From: a virus
Taxonomy: Duplodnaviria; Caudoviricetes
IMG/VR virus record: IMGVR_UViG_3300021964_010723
Strand: one strand, 5' to 3'
DNA length: 64,000 nucleotides
In this document: piece after piece, positions 39,840 to 51,545 of the stretch
Position numbering within the stretch: position 1 is the first letter of the stretch
Layout: each line of letters begins with the position of its first letter
Made by a program: the position numbers and the translations under genes
Notes under the pieces: model-generated
The model's input: the letters and a program-made list of their open reading frames with translations, nothing else
What the model was told of the DNA's origin: nothing
Databases searched by the model: none

Positions 39840-39862
39840 GGGGCTAGTAGCCCCCCTTTTTT
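39840..39862 (+). terminator. GC hairpin with T-tract on the + (antisense) strand
   Basis: GGGGCT-agt-AGCCCC followed by CC-TTTTTT, between two - strand genes. Confidence 0.45.
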
Positions 39863-39867
39863 AATTG

Positions 39868-40920
39868 TTATTGCATTTCAGTAATTACACCGTCTACGTA
39901 ATAGCTCATAGAATCAATATCAGTTCTAGTTTGTCCCGGAGGAACTACTGTACCGTCTTGCTTTGTATATCCAGCTGAAAAAGGATAAGCAGCATCATAT
40001 TCTTCTGTTTCGAACCGTTGCTTTTCTCTTTCAATAATTTGTACAACTTCTTCAGGCACATTTGGTCCCCACGGACTAAGACCGACACAACCCTTTTCCA
40101 TACCCCAAAATGGTGTGTCAACTTCCCACGTTCCATCCTCTACTGATTTCATCACATGCTTGTAATATACATCCCAATTAAACATTGGTCCGGTTGCATA
40201 ACGGTCAGGTCCAAAATCGTTCATTGGAGCATCATTGCCCATGCCCCAAAGTGGTTTCTCCGGAGTTGACATTTTTTGAGCAAGCATTACTACAGATGGT
40301 GAATCTGTTGTTGTAAAGAATACATCCACTCCAGCTGAATGAAGAGCATCTGCTGCTGCTGTATCTTTTGCAGGATCAAACCATGAATTAATCCAAACAA
40401 TTTGGACTGTAATATCAGGGTTTACACTCTTAGCACCAAGTGTTGCTGCATTAATGTTTGAAATGATTTCTGGAATTGGATGCGAGCCTACAAATCCAAT
40501 CTTGTTTGTTTTTGTAAGCAAACCTGCAGCCATACCAGCTAGGTATCGTGCTTGGAATAATCTGCAATTATAGTTATTAAGATTATCTGCAGTTTTAAAT
40601 CCTGTGGCATGCATAAATTTAACATCTGGAAATTTCTTTGCAGCACTGACCATTGGTTCCATGTAACCAAAAGATGTGCCAAACACCACGTCATGTTTAC
40701 GAGCTAAACGGGTAAATACTCTTTCTGAATCTGCTTCTGGCACAGCTTCTACATAATCAAATTCATAACCAGACTCTACCATTCCTTGATAGTGTCTCAT
40801 ACTCCAGCCACCATCACTTTTTGGACCAACTAACACCAATCCTGCAGTTGGCTTTTCTGCTGCATTTGCAACTGTTGCAAATGCAATTAAAGTAATTAAT
40901 ATACTAATAATTTTCTTCAT
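39868..40920 (-). CDS. BMP-family ABC transporter substrate-binding protein with signal peptide
   Basis: Signal peptide ending ANA; DGGWS..H; FGTSFGY; YLAGMAAG; WINSWFDP. Confidence 0.85.
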   Translation of the reverse strand: MKKIISILITLIAFATVANAAEKPTAGLVLVGPKSDGGWSMRHYQGMVESGYEFDYVEAVPEADSERVFTRLARKHDVVFGTSFGYMEPMVSAAKKFPDVKFMHATGFKTADNLNNYNCRLFQARYLAGMAAGLLTKTNKIGFVGSHPIPEIISNINAATLGAKSVNPDITVQIVWINSWFDPAKDTAAADALHSAGVDVFFTTTDSPSVVMLAQKMSTPEKPLWGMGNDAPMNDFGPDRYATGPMFNWDVYYKHVMKSVEDGTWEVDTPFWGMEKGCVGLSPWGPNVPEEVVQIIEREKQRFETEEYDAAYPFSAGYTKQDGTVVPPGQTRTDIDSMSYYVDGVITEMQ

Positions 40921-40952
40921 TTATTTCCTTTTATATATAGGGTTTAAAAAAT

Positions 40953-41501
40953 TTAAGCAACTTCGTCAAATAGACTATCAAAATGTTCCTTGTCAGGACC
41001 ACCAAGGTTTCTTTTGCACGGATTTTGAATATTTCCAAACGGCAATCTTTTATATGTATCTATAAAATCTCGGACTAATTTTTTTTCCGTTTCGGCAGTT
41101 GGACTACTTGCAAATTTAGTCCTCTCCATTTTAGTAGTATCCCAAACATGAGCAACAATATCAGTCCTATGAACATAAATGTTGTCATGCATAGCTTTTA
41201 CTGCAGGAATCACTATGTCTTCCATATCTTTTCCATTAGTTGTCCTAGATTTGTCAATACCAAAGCCGGGGATATAAAGCAATTTTCTATATAATCGACT
41301 GTCCATGCCTGTAGACATTCCTATGTTAAAGATTTTACAATCTTCAGGAATTGTAAGTAGCTCAAAGGCGTAACAAAAATTTATAATACCTAAGTCTTTT
41401 TGCATAATCATTAGGATATCATACGGTTTTTTAATATACTTTAATTCGAATTTGTAGTCTGCGTTGAAAAGGGATACGTTATTAGGATTATTTGCTGCCA
41501 T
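40953..41501 (-). CDS. Hypothetical protein, possible GIY-YIG-like nuclease
   Basis: CYAF..IGMS..SR..TEKKL..LPFGN spacing resembles GIY-YIG core. Confidence 0.4.
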   Translation of the reverse strand: MAANNPNNVSLFNADYKFELKYIKKPYDILMIMQKDLGIINFCYAFELLTIPEDCKIFNIGMSTGMDSRLYRKLLYIPGFGIDKSRTTNGKDMEDIVIPAVKAMHDNIYVHRTDIVAHVWDTTKMERTKFASSPTAETEKKLVRDFIDTYKRLPFGNIQNPCKRNLGGPDKEHFDSLFDEVA

Positions 41502-41525
41502 AAAAAAACTCCTTGTAAAAGTTTT

Positions 41526-41554
41526 ATGATACTTTAATATTATCTTTTTGTCAA
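41526..41554 (-). promoter_or_regulatory. Sigma70-type promoter
   Basis: TTGACA-17 nt-TATCAT, AAGGAG RBS, upstream of 41501. Confidence 0.75.
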
Positions 41555-41557
41555 TGA

Positions 41558-42526
41558 TTATTTAAATTGTTTCTCAAATTCACGCAAACGCTTGTAAACA
41601 CTCATTAGCTCTACAATTTGTAACCATGAACGGATTATAAATTGCAAACTCTCTGCTACTTTCCCAAATGCTCTAGTGGTTTGACTTACAACTCCTAATG
41701 TAATTCCGCCTGCAATAATACTAGGGCCTAATGCTACATATGGTACAATTACCATACCTTGTAAATAACTCCACTTGGCAATGTTAAAGTAAAAATAATG
41801 TAAGTAAGATCTAAAATGGATTTTCCTTACATTTGCAAATAATAACTCAACATCTGTTATATTTGCACGGTACTGGTTGTCTTCTCCGTGGACAAGTTCT
41901 TTGCGGTATGCCGCTTCTTCTTTCTGTATATCGTATTCAATACCTGGAAGTTTACTACCTACTAAACTCAGTATCACAGTACCACCTAGTGCAGTAATTA
42001 AAACAGCCCATACAAGTCCATGATCAACATGTCCAAAGATAGGAAACTCTGTTACTGCTTTACTTAGTCCGTAAAGGATTGGTACAAATGCAATCAGCAT
42101 GAGTACGCTTTCTAATAATCCTACTCCTAAGTTTTCTGTTAAACGGGCAAACTTTAGTGTATCTTCTTGTACACGTTGACTTGCTCCTTCTATATGACGG
42201 ACACGTTGCCAGTTATCGTGATAATAATCTGCCATACTTTGCCGCCAACGGAACGTCCAATGATTAACAAGGAAGCCGTTAAATATTACATTAACAATAA
42301 TATAGATACCTGCAATGCTGAAAAACTCAAACATGTATCCATAATATTCTTCACTGCTAACAGATCCGGGTTGTGATAATGCACGTTGCAGAGCATCGTA
42401 AAACTTACCGAACCATTCGTTAATCTGGACATCTAGTTGCACACTATACCATATAGCAGCAACTATCGTTAGAGTACCTAGTGTACTCCATAGTCTCCAA
42501 CGACTATCGTAAAAAAATCTAAACAT
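41558..42526 (-). CDS. sbmA: SbmA/BacA-like peptide transporter
   Basis: QINEWFGKFYD, FRWRQSM, IEGASQRVQEDT, EAAYRKELVHGED, ELMSVYKRLREFE; multiple TM helices. Confidence 0.85.
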   Translation of the reverse strand: MFRFFYDSRWRLWSTLGTLTIVAAIWYSVQLDVQINEWFGKFYDALQRALSQPGSVSSEEYYGYMFEFFSIAGIYIIVNVIFNGFLVNHWTFRWRQSMADYYHDNWQRVRHIEGASQRVQEDTLKFARLTENLGVGLLESVLMLIAFVPILYGLSKAVTEFPIFGHVDHGLVWAVLITALGGTVILSLVGSKLPGIEYDIQKEEAAYRKELVHGEDNQYRANITDVELLFANVRKIHFRSYLHYFYFNIAKWSYLQGMVIVPYVALGPSIIAGGITLGVVSQTTRAFGKVAESLQFIIRSWLQIVELMSVYKRLREFEKQFK

Positions 42527-42534
42527 TTTATTTC

Positions 42535-43158
42535 CTAATTTTTTTCTGCAAGCAATATGATCATTTCCGACTTTGGGCGGAAATGTCGAGTTATGAATTT
42601 TTGCTTTAATGTTGGAATGTCTATATAAACACCATCTTTAACTGAGTACAGTTCTAAAATGGTAAATTTTGTTTTATCTATGATGCTTTCAAGTTCTGTA
42701 CAATTTATTTGCAGCATATTATCAGTATTCATACATTCTTGATTATTAGTCATTAATTTGATTACTTTTTCGTCAAAGTTATTTTTGTGCCAAAAGAAAT
42801 GGAACATTTTACCTTTGTGTTTAAGTTTCTTATGACACATGTCTAGTATGAAATTTATATTTTTTAACCAATGTAGTACACCAGTTGATACAATTAAATC
42901 AAAAGAATTGTCATTTAGTTTTTGCCAGGTATTTGTTTGACGTAAATCACCATTAATGAAATTTGGATTATTTATATTATGCTGAATGTCAATCCCAATA
43001 ACTTCTGTCATAAATTTATCTGCATTGGAAAAATCGCCACAACCTATATCTAGGCATTTACCTTTTGGAATCTTTAGTATTTTATTTTTCGGATACTTTA
43101 TTATTCCATCGTTAAGCACAAGGCCTGGAAATATAATATTATTTTTAAGCACCGTCAT
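42535..43158 (-). CDS. Class I SAM-dependent methyltransferase
   Basis: LDIGCG, FDLIVSTGVLHW. Confidence 0.8.
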   Translation of the reverse strand: MTVLKNNIIFPGLVLNDGIIKYPKNKILKIPKGKCLDIGCGDFSNADKFMTEVIGIDIQHNINNPNFINGDLRQTNTWQKLNDNSFDLIVSTGVLHWLKNINFILDMCHKKLKHKGKMFHFFWHKNNFDEKVIKLMTNNQECMNTDNMLQINCTELESIIDKTKFTILELYSVKDGVYIDIPTLKQKFITRHFRPKSEMIILLAEKN

Positions 43159-43160
43159 TT

Positions 43161-45828
<2,668 letters not shown>

Positions 45829-45854
<26 letters not shown>

Positions 45855-46233
45855 CTTCTCTAATGTATCTTAATAGTTCTTTATCTTGTACATTGTCTGG
45901 AATATTATTTTTATAAAAAATTTCGTAACTGTCGCTTCCGTACTTACCAATACCGTGTAGGTCCTTAGCGTTATTTTGATCCCATGTTAGGAAGTCTTGA
46001 CTCATACGGAACAATCGTTTTGTACGAACTTCGCCCATTCCTAGTGGACTTACAAGTTCTTTTACTGTATCAAAGTCTGCTTGTAAAAATTGTTCAGCAG
46101 TGCTCCACTGAGAAAAAAATTCAGGTAGTACACGTTTTACCTGCTTGCGATTAGTAAGATTTAAGCAGATAACACCTACCATGTGTTGCCATTTGTTAGC
46201 AACCTGCTGCTGTACCATAAGTTCATCTACCAT
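45829..46233 (-). CDS. MBD4-like HhH-GPD DNA glycosylase domain
   Basis: LHGIGKYGSDSY helix-hairpin-helix; CLNLT; PLGM; probable start MVDELM at 46233. Confidence 0.85.
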
Positions 46234-46786
46234 ATTGCCCCACATCTTCCCAAGGGTAAACTAACCATACATCCTCTTCTGCTTTGTTTACAGTATCGCA
46301 GTAGTAGTTTACAAGTTCAAAGTTGCTAGACAAGTTTTCGGTAAGCACAGCAAATCTTACACTATTACCCCAAATCTCTTTCCAAGCCACATCTCCTGGC
46401 ACACAACTACTTTGCCAATCTGTAACAATCCAGTCAAACGTTTTTCCTGAGTCGTTTATATCGTCAACAATTAAGATTTTTTTACGTTTCTCTGCAATGC
46501 TACCTGTTACGCTGTCAAAATAACCTTCGGTAGGTATAACACCATATCCATATGCATCTTCTGCCATCCAGCAATTGCTTTCTGTGTATAATCCATTATC
46601 TCGGAAGTTTACTTGTAGTGTGTCAGCAGGTATATTTGTCATGTTACTGATTATTGTAGCAGGTACGTTACCTCCACGGGTAAGACCTACTATATAATCA
46701 GGCCGCCAATTATCTGCATACAGTTGATTTACAATTTGTATGCACATTGTTTCAATATCATTCCACGAATAATATTTCTTTTTCAT
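46223..46786 (-). CDS. Type I phosphoribosyltransferase (purine salvage-like)
   Basis: VGLTRGG, ILIVDDINDSGKT PRPP loop, WLVYPWE. Confidence 0.85.
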   Translation of the reverse strand: MKKKYYSWNDIETMCIQIVNQLYADNWRPDYIVGLTRGGNVPATIISNMTNIPADTLQVNFRDNGLYTESNCWMAEDAYGYGVIPTEGYFDSVTGSIAEKRKKILIVDDINDSGKTFDWIVTDWQSSCVPGDVAWKEIWGNSVRFAVLTENLSSNFELVNYYCDTVNKAEEDVWLVYPWEDVGQYGR

Positions 46787-47094
46787 TATGCCTTTTTATT
46801 TTTAGATTTGTAATCAGCTTTTACTAAGTCGTATATTTGTCGGAAATTTCGATAGGCTTTATCTAATGCAGGATATTCTGCAGCCATTTTTTCAACTTCA
46901 CCTGTATTAATAAGTTCATTAAATGTAACAGTGTTATCCCAGATAGTAGTACTATAAGTAAAGCTATCTGGGTTGACTAAGGAAGTATTATCTGCCATTG
47001 TATCATAGGTTAAAACTTGTGATTCTTGATCGTCTAACGGTATAGTTATTGTCACAGGTCTGTTATAATTGTATTCTGGATTTACTTTATTCAT
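46786..47094 (-). CDS. Hypothetical protein
   Basis: 102-aa ORF coupled at both ends. Confidence 0.7.
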   Translation of the reverse strand: MNKVNPEYNYNRPVTITIPLDDQESQVLTYDTMADNTSLVNPDSFTYSTTIWDNTVTFNELINTGEVEKMAAEYPALDKAYRNFRQIYDLVKADYKSKNKKA

Positions 47095-48155
47095 TTTAAT
47101 GCATTATAAAGACGTGTACCAGAAAAGAATTTATTTTCTAAAAATTCTTTTTGTTCAATTATTTGTCCTTTATACTTACTATAGTTTTCCATGAAATGTA
47201 ATATTCTCTCCATTAAACTAATTTTATATTCTTTATAGGTATCAAAACTAGCAGTCCACGCACTAGGATATTTAAAATCATCTTGCGCCATTTCTTTATA
47301 ACTCAATCTATCTGGAACCATAGGAATACAATCTACAAGTAATCCTTCATACCAACTGATTCCTAAAGTTTCTTGTAAGTTTGCACTAAAAACAATTTTA
47401 GCTCGTCCTAATAATTCATGATACTCTTTTTTAGTTAATTTTTTATCTTGGCAAGTTACAAATTCATATTGTGGTAAAGATTCTTTTAGGTCTAAGAAAA
47501 TATCATGTTGTTTTTCTGGAGCAATCCTGTGCGGAAAAACTATAATATTTTCTTTCTGTCGGCCTCTATTACCAAACATACTGTCATGTAAATATTCCAT
47601 TGGCCAACCGACACGTTTGATTTTATGTAATTTTTGTTCATCTATTTCAGCTGTGTCTTTCCAAAATGTTTCAGTAAATAAATCAATATGAAATTCTGTT
47701 GCAAAAAAATTGTCATCGTAGCATTCATACATGCTCATTTCTGCATGTCTGACCCACGGAGAATCACCAATTAGTCTACCTAAGAAATCATGGTGATCAT
47801 ATGATCCAGCATGCCACATACCGCCAATTTTGATTTTATAACCTAGTAGTTCAGCCATATATTTTAATTGAATAACAGTAGGATTCCATGCATCAGTATA
47901 CAAGAAATAATCCCCGTCTTGTATTTCATTATTACAAAACATTTCTGCAATTATTTCTTGTTGTTTACTTTTGTAGACATTAGTACCACCAAAATTTAAA
48001 AAAGCTCCAGGAGTAGTATCTTGAGGAATTTCACCTCCGCTAATTGTTATAACAGATGCGCCGGTAGCTTTTTCAATTTGTTTAGGAAGCCAGTCTTTCC
48101 ATTGTTTAGTATATCTAGTTTCAACAGCTTCTAAGTCAACTATATAGATAGTCAT
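47091..48155 (-). CDS. GT-B fold glycosyltransferase (possibly DNA-modifying)
   Basis: FPHRIAPEKQ, QETLGISWYEG (E-x7-E), VPDRLSY. Confidence 0.8.
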   Translation of the reverse strand: MTIYIVDLEAVETRYTKQWKDWLPKQIEKATGASVITISGGEIPQDTTPGAFLNFGGTNVYKSKQQEIIAEMFCNNEIQDGDYFLYTDAWNPTVIQLKYMAELLGYKIKIGGMWHAGSYDHHDFLGRLIGDSPWVRHAEMSMYECYDDNFFATEFHIDLFTETFWKDTAEIDEQKLHKIKRVGWPMEYLHDSMFGNRGRQKENIIVFPHRIAPEKQHDIFLDLKESLPQYEFVTCQDKKLTKKEYHELLGRAKIVFSANLQETLGISWYEGLLVDCIPMVPDRLSYKEMAQDDFKYPSAWTASFDTYKEYKISLMERILHFMENYSKYKGQIIEQKEFLENKFFSGTRLYNALK

Positions 48156-48156
48156 C

Positions 48157-48330
48157 TTACCCTTTATTTTTACTGTTATACTTCTGCCAAATTAAGTAAC
48201 TTTCCCATACTCGGTCGCCTTTTTTATATAAACTAGATTCATGGAAAGGTTTACCCTCGAATCTACAATAGTCACGAAATGCGTCTAAATCATCAAAAAT
48301 TTTTCGGATAAGTGGATCTTTAATTGCCAT
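48157..48330 (-). CDS. 57-aa hypothetical protein missed by the ORF track
   Basis: MAIKDPLIRKIFDDLDAFRDYCRFEGKPFHESSLYKKGDRVWESYLIWQKYNSKNKG fills the gap exactly. Confidence 0.75.
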   Translation of the reverse strand: MAIKDPLIRKIFDDLDAFRDYCRFEGKPFHESSLYKKGDRVWESYLIWQKYNSKNKG

Positions 48331-48332
48331 TT

Positions 48333-48719
48333 TTATTTCTCTTCATAATCGTTATAAATTATTTGACAGCCATTTTCGCCATCTTCTGCAACATCAATTA
48401 CAACAAATCGACCTGGATACTTTGCGTGAATATGATGATATAAATCATCCGAAATCATTTCGCAGCTTTTATAGTCTAATTGAACTGTTCCTGTGTTATA
48501 TAGATTTTCACACCAGCGTTTAAATTGTATAAATTCAATTTCTCTATCATCATGGAAAACTTCTATTTGTACTTTGAAATGAAAAATATGTCTGTGTGGA
48601 TGACCTAAAAAGCTTACATCATATTCATCTCCTGTAGCAAGATTAGGATCTGTTAGTGCTGCAGGATATTTATGAATACCTTCTTTTTTAAAAGTTACCC
48701 AAATGCTTCTTTTACTCAT
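48333..48719 (-). CDS. dpdL: QueD-paralog T-fold protein of DpdL type (putative CDG decarboxylase)
   Basis: LGHPHRHIF fits the LxxxHRHxF signature; no QueD CxxxHGH; SCEMI C-terminal T-fold motif. Confidence 0.65.
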   Translation of the reverse strand: MSKRSIWVTFKKEGIHKYPAALTDPNLATGDEYDVSFLGHPHRHIFHFKVQIEVFHDDREIEFIQFKRWCENLYNTGTVQLDYKSCEMISDDLYHHIHAKYPGRFVVIDVAEDGENGCQIIYNDYEEK

Positions 48720-48730
48720 ATTACCTTTAT

Positions 48731-49258
48731 TTATTTTAGTATAGTATCTGCGGTATAATCTTTCCATTTTGTAAATTTATCACTTGCCATTAAGTCATGC
48801 AATCTATGACACCAAACTCCGGGATTTGTACTATTATAAGATATATCATCTATCTTAATCATTGTATTATAGTTCCAAAGTTTTACATATGGTATAGGAA
48901 TTCTAAGTTGCGGAATAAAATTATTAAACTCGCATAACCCTCCTTCGTTAAATTGTTCAATAGCATTAAAGGGAATATCTAAACTGCACAAGTGTCCTTC
49001 TTTTAGAAAGTGTTCTATCATCTGTTCCCATTGGTCCCATTCTTCCGGTGTTTGCGGATTAAAAGAATGATTAGCACCAAAAAAGATGTGTTCTGCTTTA
49101 AGTTTTCCTACAGCATTAGTAATGTCTAGTATAGGTTGTATTCCTACAACAAATAATGTATTCATTGAATAGGCAGGAGTTTTTTCAACTTCCCTACCAT
49201 AAAAAAATCTTACATTATCTCTATTTAACTTTTCGTTACTATAGTTTCTGTCCATCAT
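48731..49258 (-). CDS. Hypothetical protein between TGT-like and DpdL-like genes
   Basis: 175 aa; GREVEKTPA, HIFFGANHSF, NPGVWCH. Confidence 0.75.
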   Translation of the reverse strand: MMDRNYSNEKLNRDNVRFFYGREVEKTPAYSMNTLFVVGIQPILDITNAVGKLKAEHIFFGANHSFNPQTPEEWDQWEQMIEHFLKEGHLCSLDIPFNAIEQFNEGGLCEFNNFIPQLRIPIPYVKLWNYNTMIKIDDISYNSTNPGVWCHRLHDLMASDKFTKWKDYTADTILK

Positions 49259-50799
49259 ACCTCTTCAATATGTTCGTTATATTTTGTGATTGGATTAGTC
49301 ATCTTTTTACCTACAGCGCCTCTTGTGCCGATAATAGTGTCTAAAAATGGTCTGTAATCGTCACAAATTTTATTTGCTTTTTCTCGATCATCAGTTGAGA
49401 ATATTTCTTCAACTACTTCTCGAAAAGCAATCTTCTCAAATTTTTCATGCAGTAACATAGAAGGAAAAATTCCTGCATCATATTTCCGATTTGCTTCTTG
49501 TACTGCGTTTATATGCATCCAAACATTATGACCCATCATCAATGCATAGCTAAAACTATCCCAGCTAGTTGAATCTTTATCTCTAATAATAGGATTGCCG
49601 TCTTTATCTAATTTTATAGATCCATCTTTGTTTAATTCTGGATCTCCAGCAAGTACTTTGATAGCACCAACTTTATTTTTATCACCTATGTTATATACAC
49701 AAATGTCATTTGTAAGTAATTTATCTGAGATAGGACTATCCATAAATGATGTATGATTACCTTCTCTAACAAATGCTTTTCCAAATGGAGTAGTATCAGT
49801 TGCTAAATGCAAACCGTCTATGCTAGGAACCATTCTATAAACCCATTTTGATCTATCATCAGTTTCTAATTCACAGTAAATTTGACCATTAGCAGTTGCT
49901 AAAAATGGACTTGCACAATCAAATGTTATTGTGAAATTTTCATTATGGTATTTTCTAATTGCTCTTTGTACATCTGTTAGTAACGCAGCCCACTCAAGTT
50001 TACTTGTACCTAAGAAATGCATTACATCATGTGTACCTTTTTCTAGCAAACCATCATATCTTAATGCTATAAGTCTTTTAAGTGCTAAGTGTATATCACA
50101 CATATTTTGTCCGCCCATGCTCCAACCATTAAAGTGATTAGAAGGATATTTTTTTGGATCACAATAGTCTTTCATTTGTTGATACCAATCCTCTGCTTCT
50201 GTATGGTTTTCACCTTGTAACACATTTAAAAATTTACAAGCACCTGATCTATTTTTTAAAAAATAATTGTTATTAATTCTTGTTGCATCTACTGCTTGTT
50301 GGTAAGTAGTAACTCCTGTAGCTTTTTTTCCTTCGTCACTTCTAGCTACCCAGGCAGGAATGTCTAGTATCATTCCATAATCCATGTATTTGTCCATCCA
50401 GCGCAAAACGTCATTTCGTTTCTTACTAGCTTTAGGACAACTAGGATCTTTCCAGTCGCCTTCCCAAACACCTTTACCTATTTGGAATCCACCACTGTCA
50501 CCAAGTACCCAAGTATCTTCTCTGTTTCGATTCCTTATCATATCTTCGTTTGGATCATCTTTGGTTATGTCCAAGTTTGCATGACCTGCAGAATACAGTG
50601 TCCATTTATAATAAAATTTACCTTCTTGTTTATTAATGTAGTTAAGACTTTCGACACCGTTATTTAAATGCTTAGGAATTCTTGTTTTATCAACATATTC
50701 TTCAAATCTTTGTTTACCTACAAATGTAGCATAGAAGCCGCTAAGTGCAGGCAAAAATATTGCATAATCTTTTTGTGTTTCTGTTAAGTTTGTGTTCAT
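49255..50799 (-). CDS. dpdA: TGT-superfamily transglycosylase (DpdA-like)
   Basis: GDSGGFQ, MILDIP, LNVLQG, WSMGG, HFLG, FDCASP; start at 50799 via TAATG overlap. Confidence 0.65.
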   Translation of the reverse strand: MNTNLTETQKDYAIFLPALSGFYATFVGKQRFEEYVDKTRIPKHLNNGVESLNYINKQEGKFYYKWTLYSAGHANLDITKDDPNEDMIRNRNREDTWVLGDSGGFQIGKGVWEGDWKDPSCPKASKKRNDVLRWMDKYMDYGMILDIPAWVARSDEGKKATGVTTYQQAVDATRINNNYFLKNRSGACKFLNVLQGENHTEAEDWYQQMKDYCDPKKYPSNHFNGWSMGGQNMCDIHLALKRLIALRYDGLLEKGTHDVMHFLGTSKLEWAALLTDVQRAIRKYHNENFTITFDCASPFLATANGQIYCELETDDRSKWVYRMVPSIDGLHLATDTTPFGKAFVREGNHTSFMDSPISDKLLTNDICVYNIGDKNKVGAIKVLAGDPELNKDGSIKLDKDGNPIIRDKDSTSWDSFSYALMMGHNVWMHINAVQEANRKYDAGIFPSMLLHEKFEKIAFREVVEEIFSTDDREKANKICDDYRPFLDTIIGTRGAVGKKMTNPITKYNEHIEEV

Positions 50800-51530
50800 T
50801 ATTTTGTTTGACAAGGAATGATGTAATCATAAGTAGCTAATCCACTATCTACTGAAATTTTCATCACACCTGTATCTGAAATACTTATAGTAGAGTTTCC
50901 TGATAAACTTAAAATGCTTTGAACTTCTTGCACAGGATAGCTTTTTTGAGTAGTTAAACTGCCACCAGCTTTGTGTTTGAATACAAATTCACCTTCATGT
51001 GTTACGCTATCACCAAATGAAAATATGATATTATCATTATCTGATTTTACGTTAAAATGTAAATTTTCAGAGTGAACAGCACTCATTAGTTTCATCCTTG
51101 TGATGCTTGCTACAGGTGGCTCAAATTCAACACCCCACTGAGCACCTTTAAATCTTACACTTTTTAAATTCTTTTCAATAATATCTTTGTTAATAAACTT
51201 GTACTCATTTTTAAAATCTCCAATGACATTTTCAAAGTATAATCCAGCTGGATATTCTTCGTCATTTTTTGATTTGCGTACTACTTCAATTTTAGCATCT
51301 TCTTTATATTCAGGACTTTTTAGTAACAAGTTTAATTTATCTAAATTCCCCATACCAAATATTCCATCGAATTCATTAATTCGGTCATGAGTAGTTCCAA
51401 ATAAAATTACACCTCTGTTTTCTGTAATGCTGTTAATAGATGTTGAAGTAGAGTCTGTAGAAATTTTTAGTGTATTTAAAAATCCTAATCCATGTGTGTG
51501 TGATACGATGTCTTGTAAAATATCTTGCAT
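50799..51530 (-). CDS. Sliding clamp (gp45-like)
   Basis: 243 aa near DNA polymerase; FGM..LDKL, F.FGD, ISDTG.MKI.VDSG..YDYI pattern. Confidence 0.75.
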   Translation of the reverse strand: MQDILQDIVSHTHGLGFLNTLKISTDSTSTSINSITENRGVILFGTTHDRINEFDGIFGMGNLDKLNLLLKSPEYKEDAKIEVVRKSKNDEEYPAGLYFENVIGDFKNEYKFINKDIIEKNLKSVRFKGAQWGVEFEPPVASITRMKLMSAVHSENLHFNVKSDNDNIIFSFGDSVTHEGEFVFKHKAGGSLTTQKSYPVQEVQSILSLSGNSTISISDTGVMKISVDSGLATYDYIIPCQTK

Positions 51531-51545
51531 TTATCCTTTATAGTT

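Noticed and set aside
48333-48719. Canonical QueD
   Set aside because: Lacks the CxxxHGH motif and instead has LxxxHRHxF.
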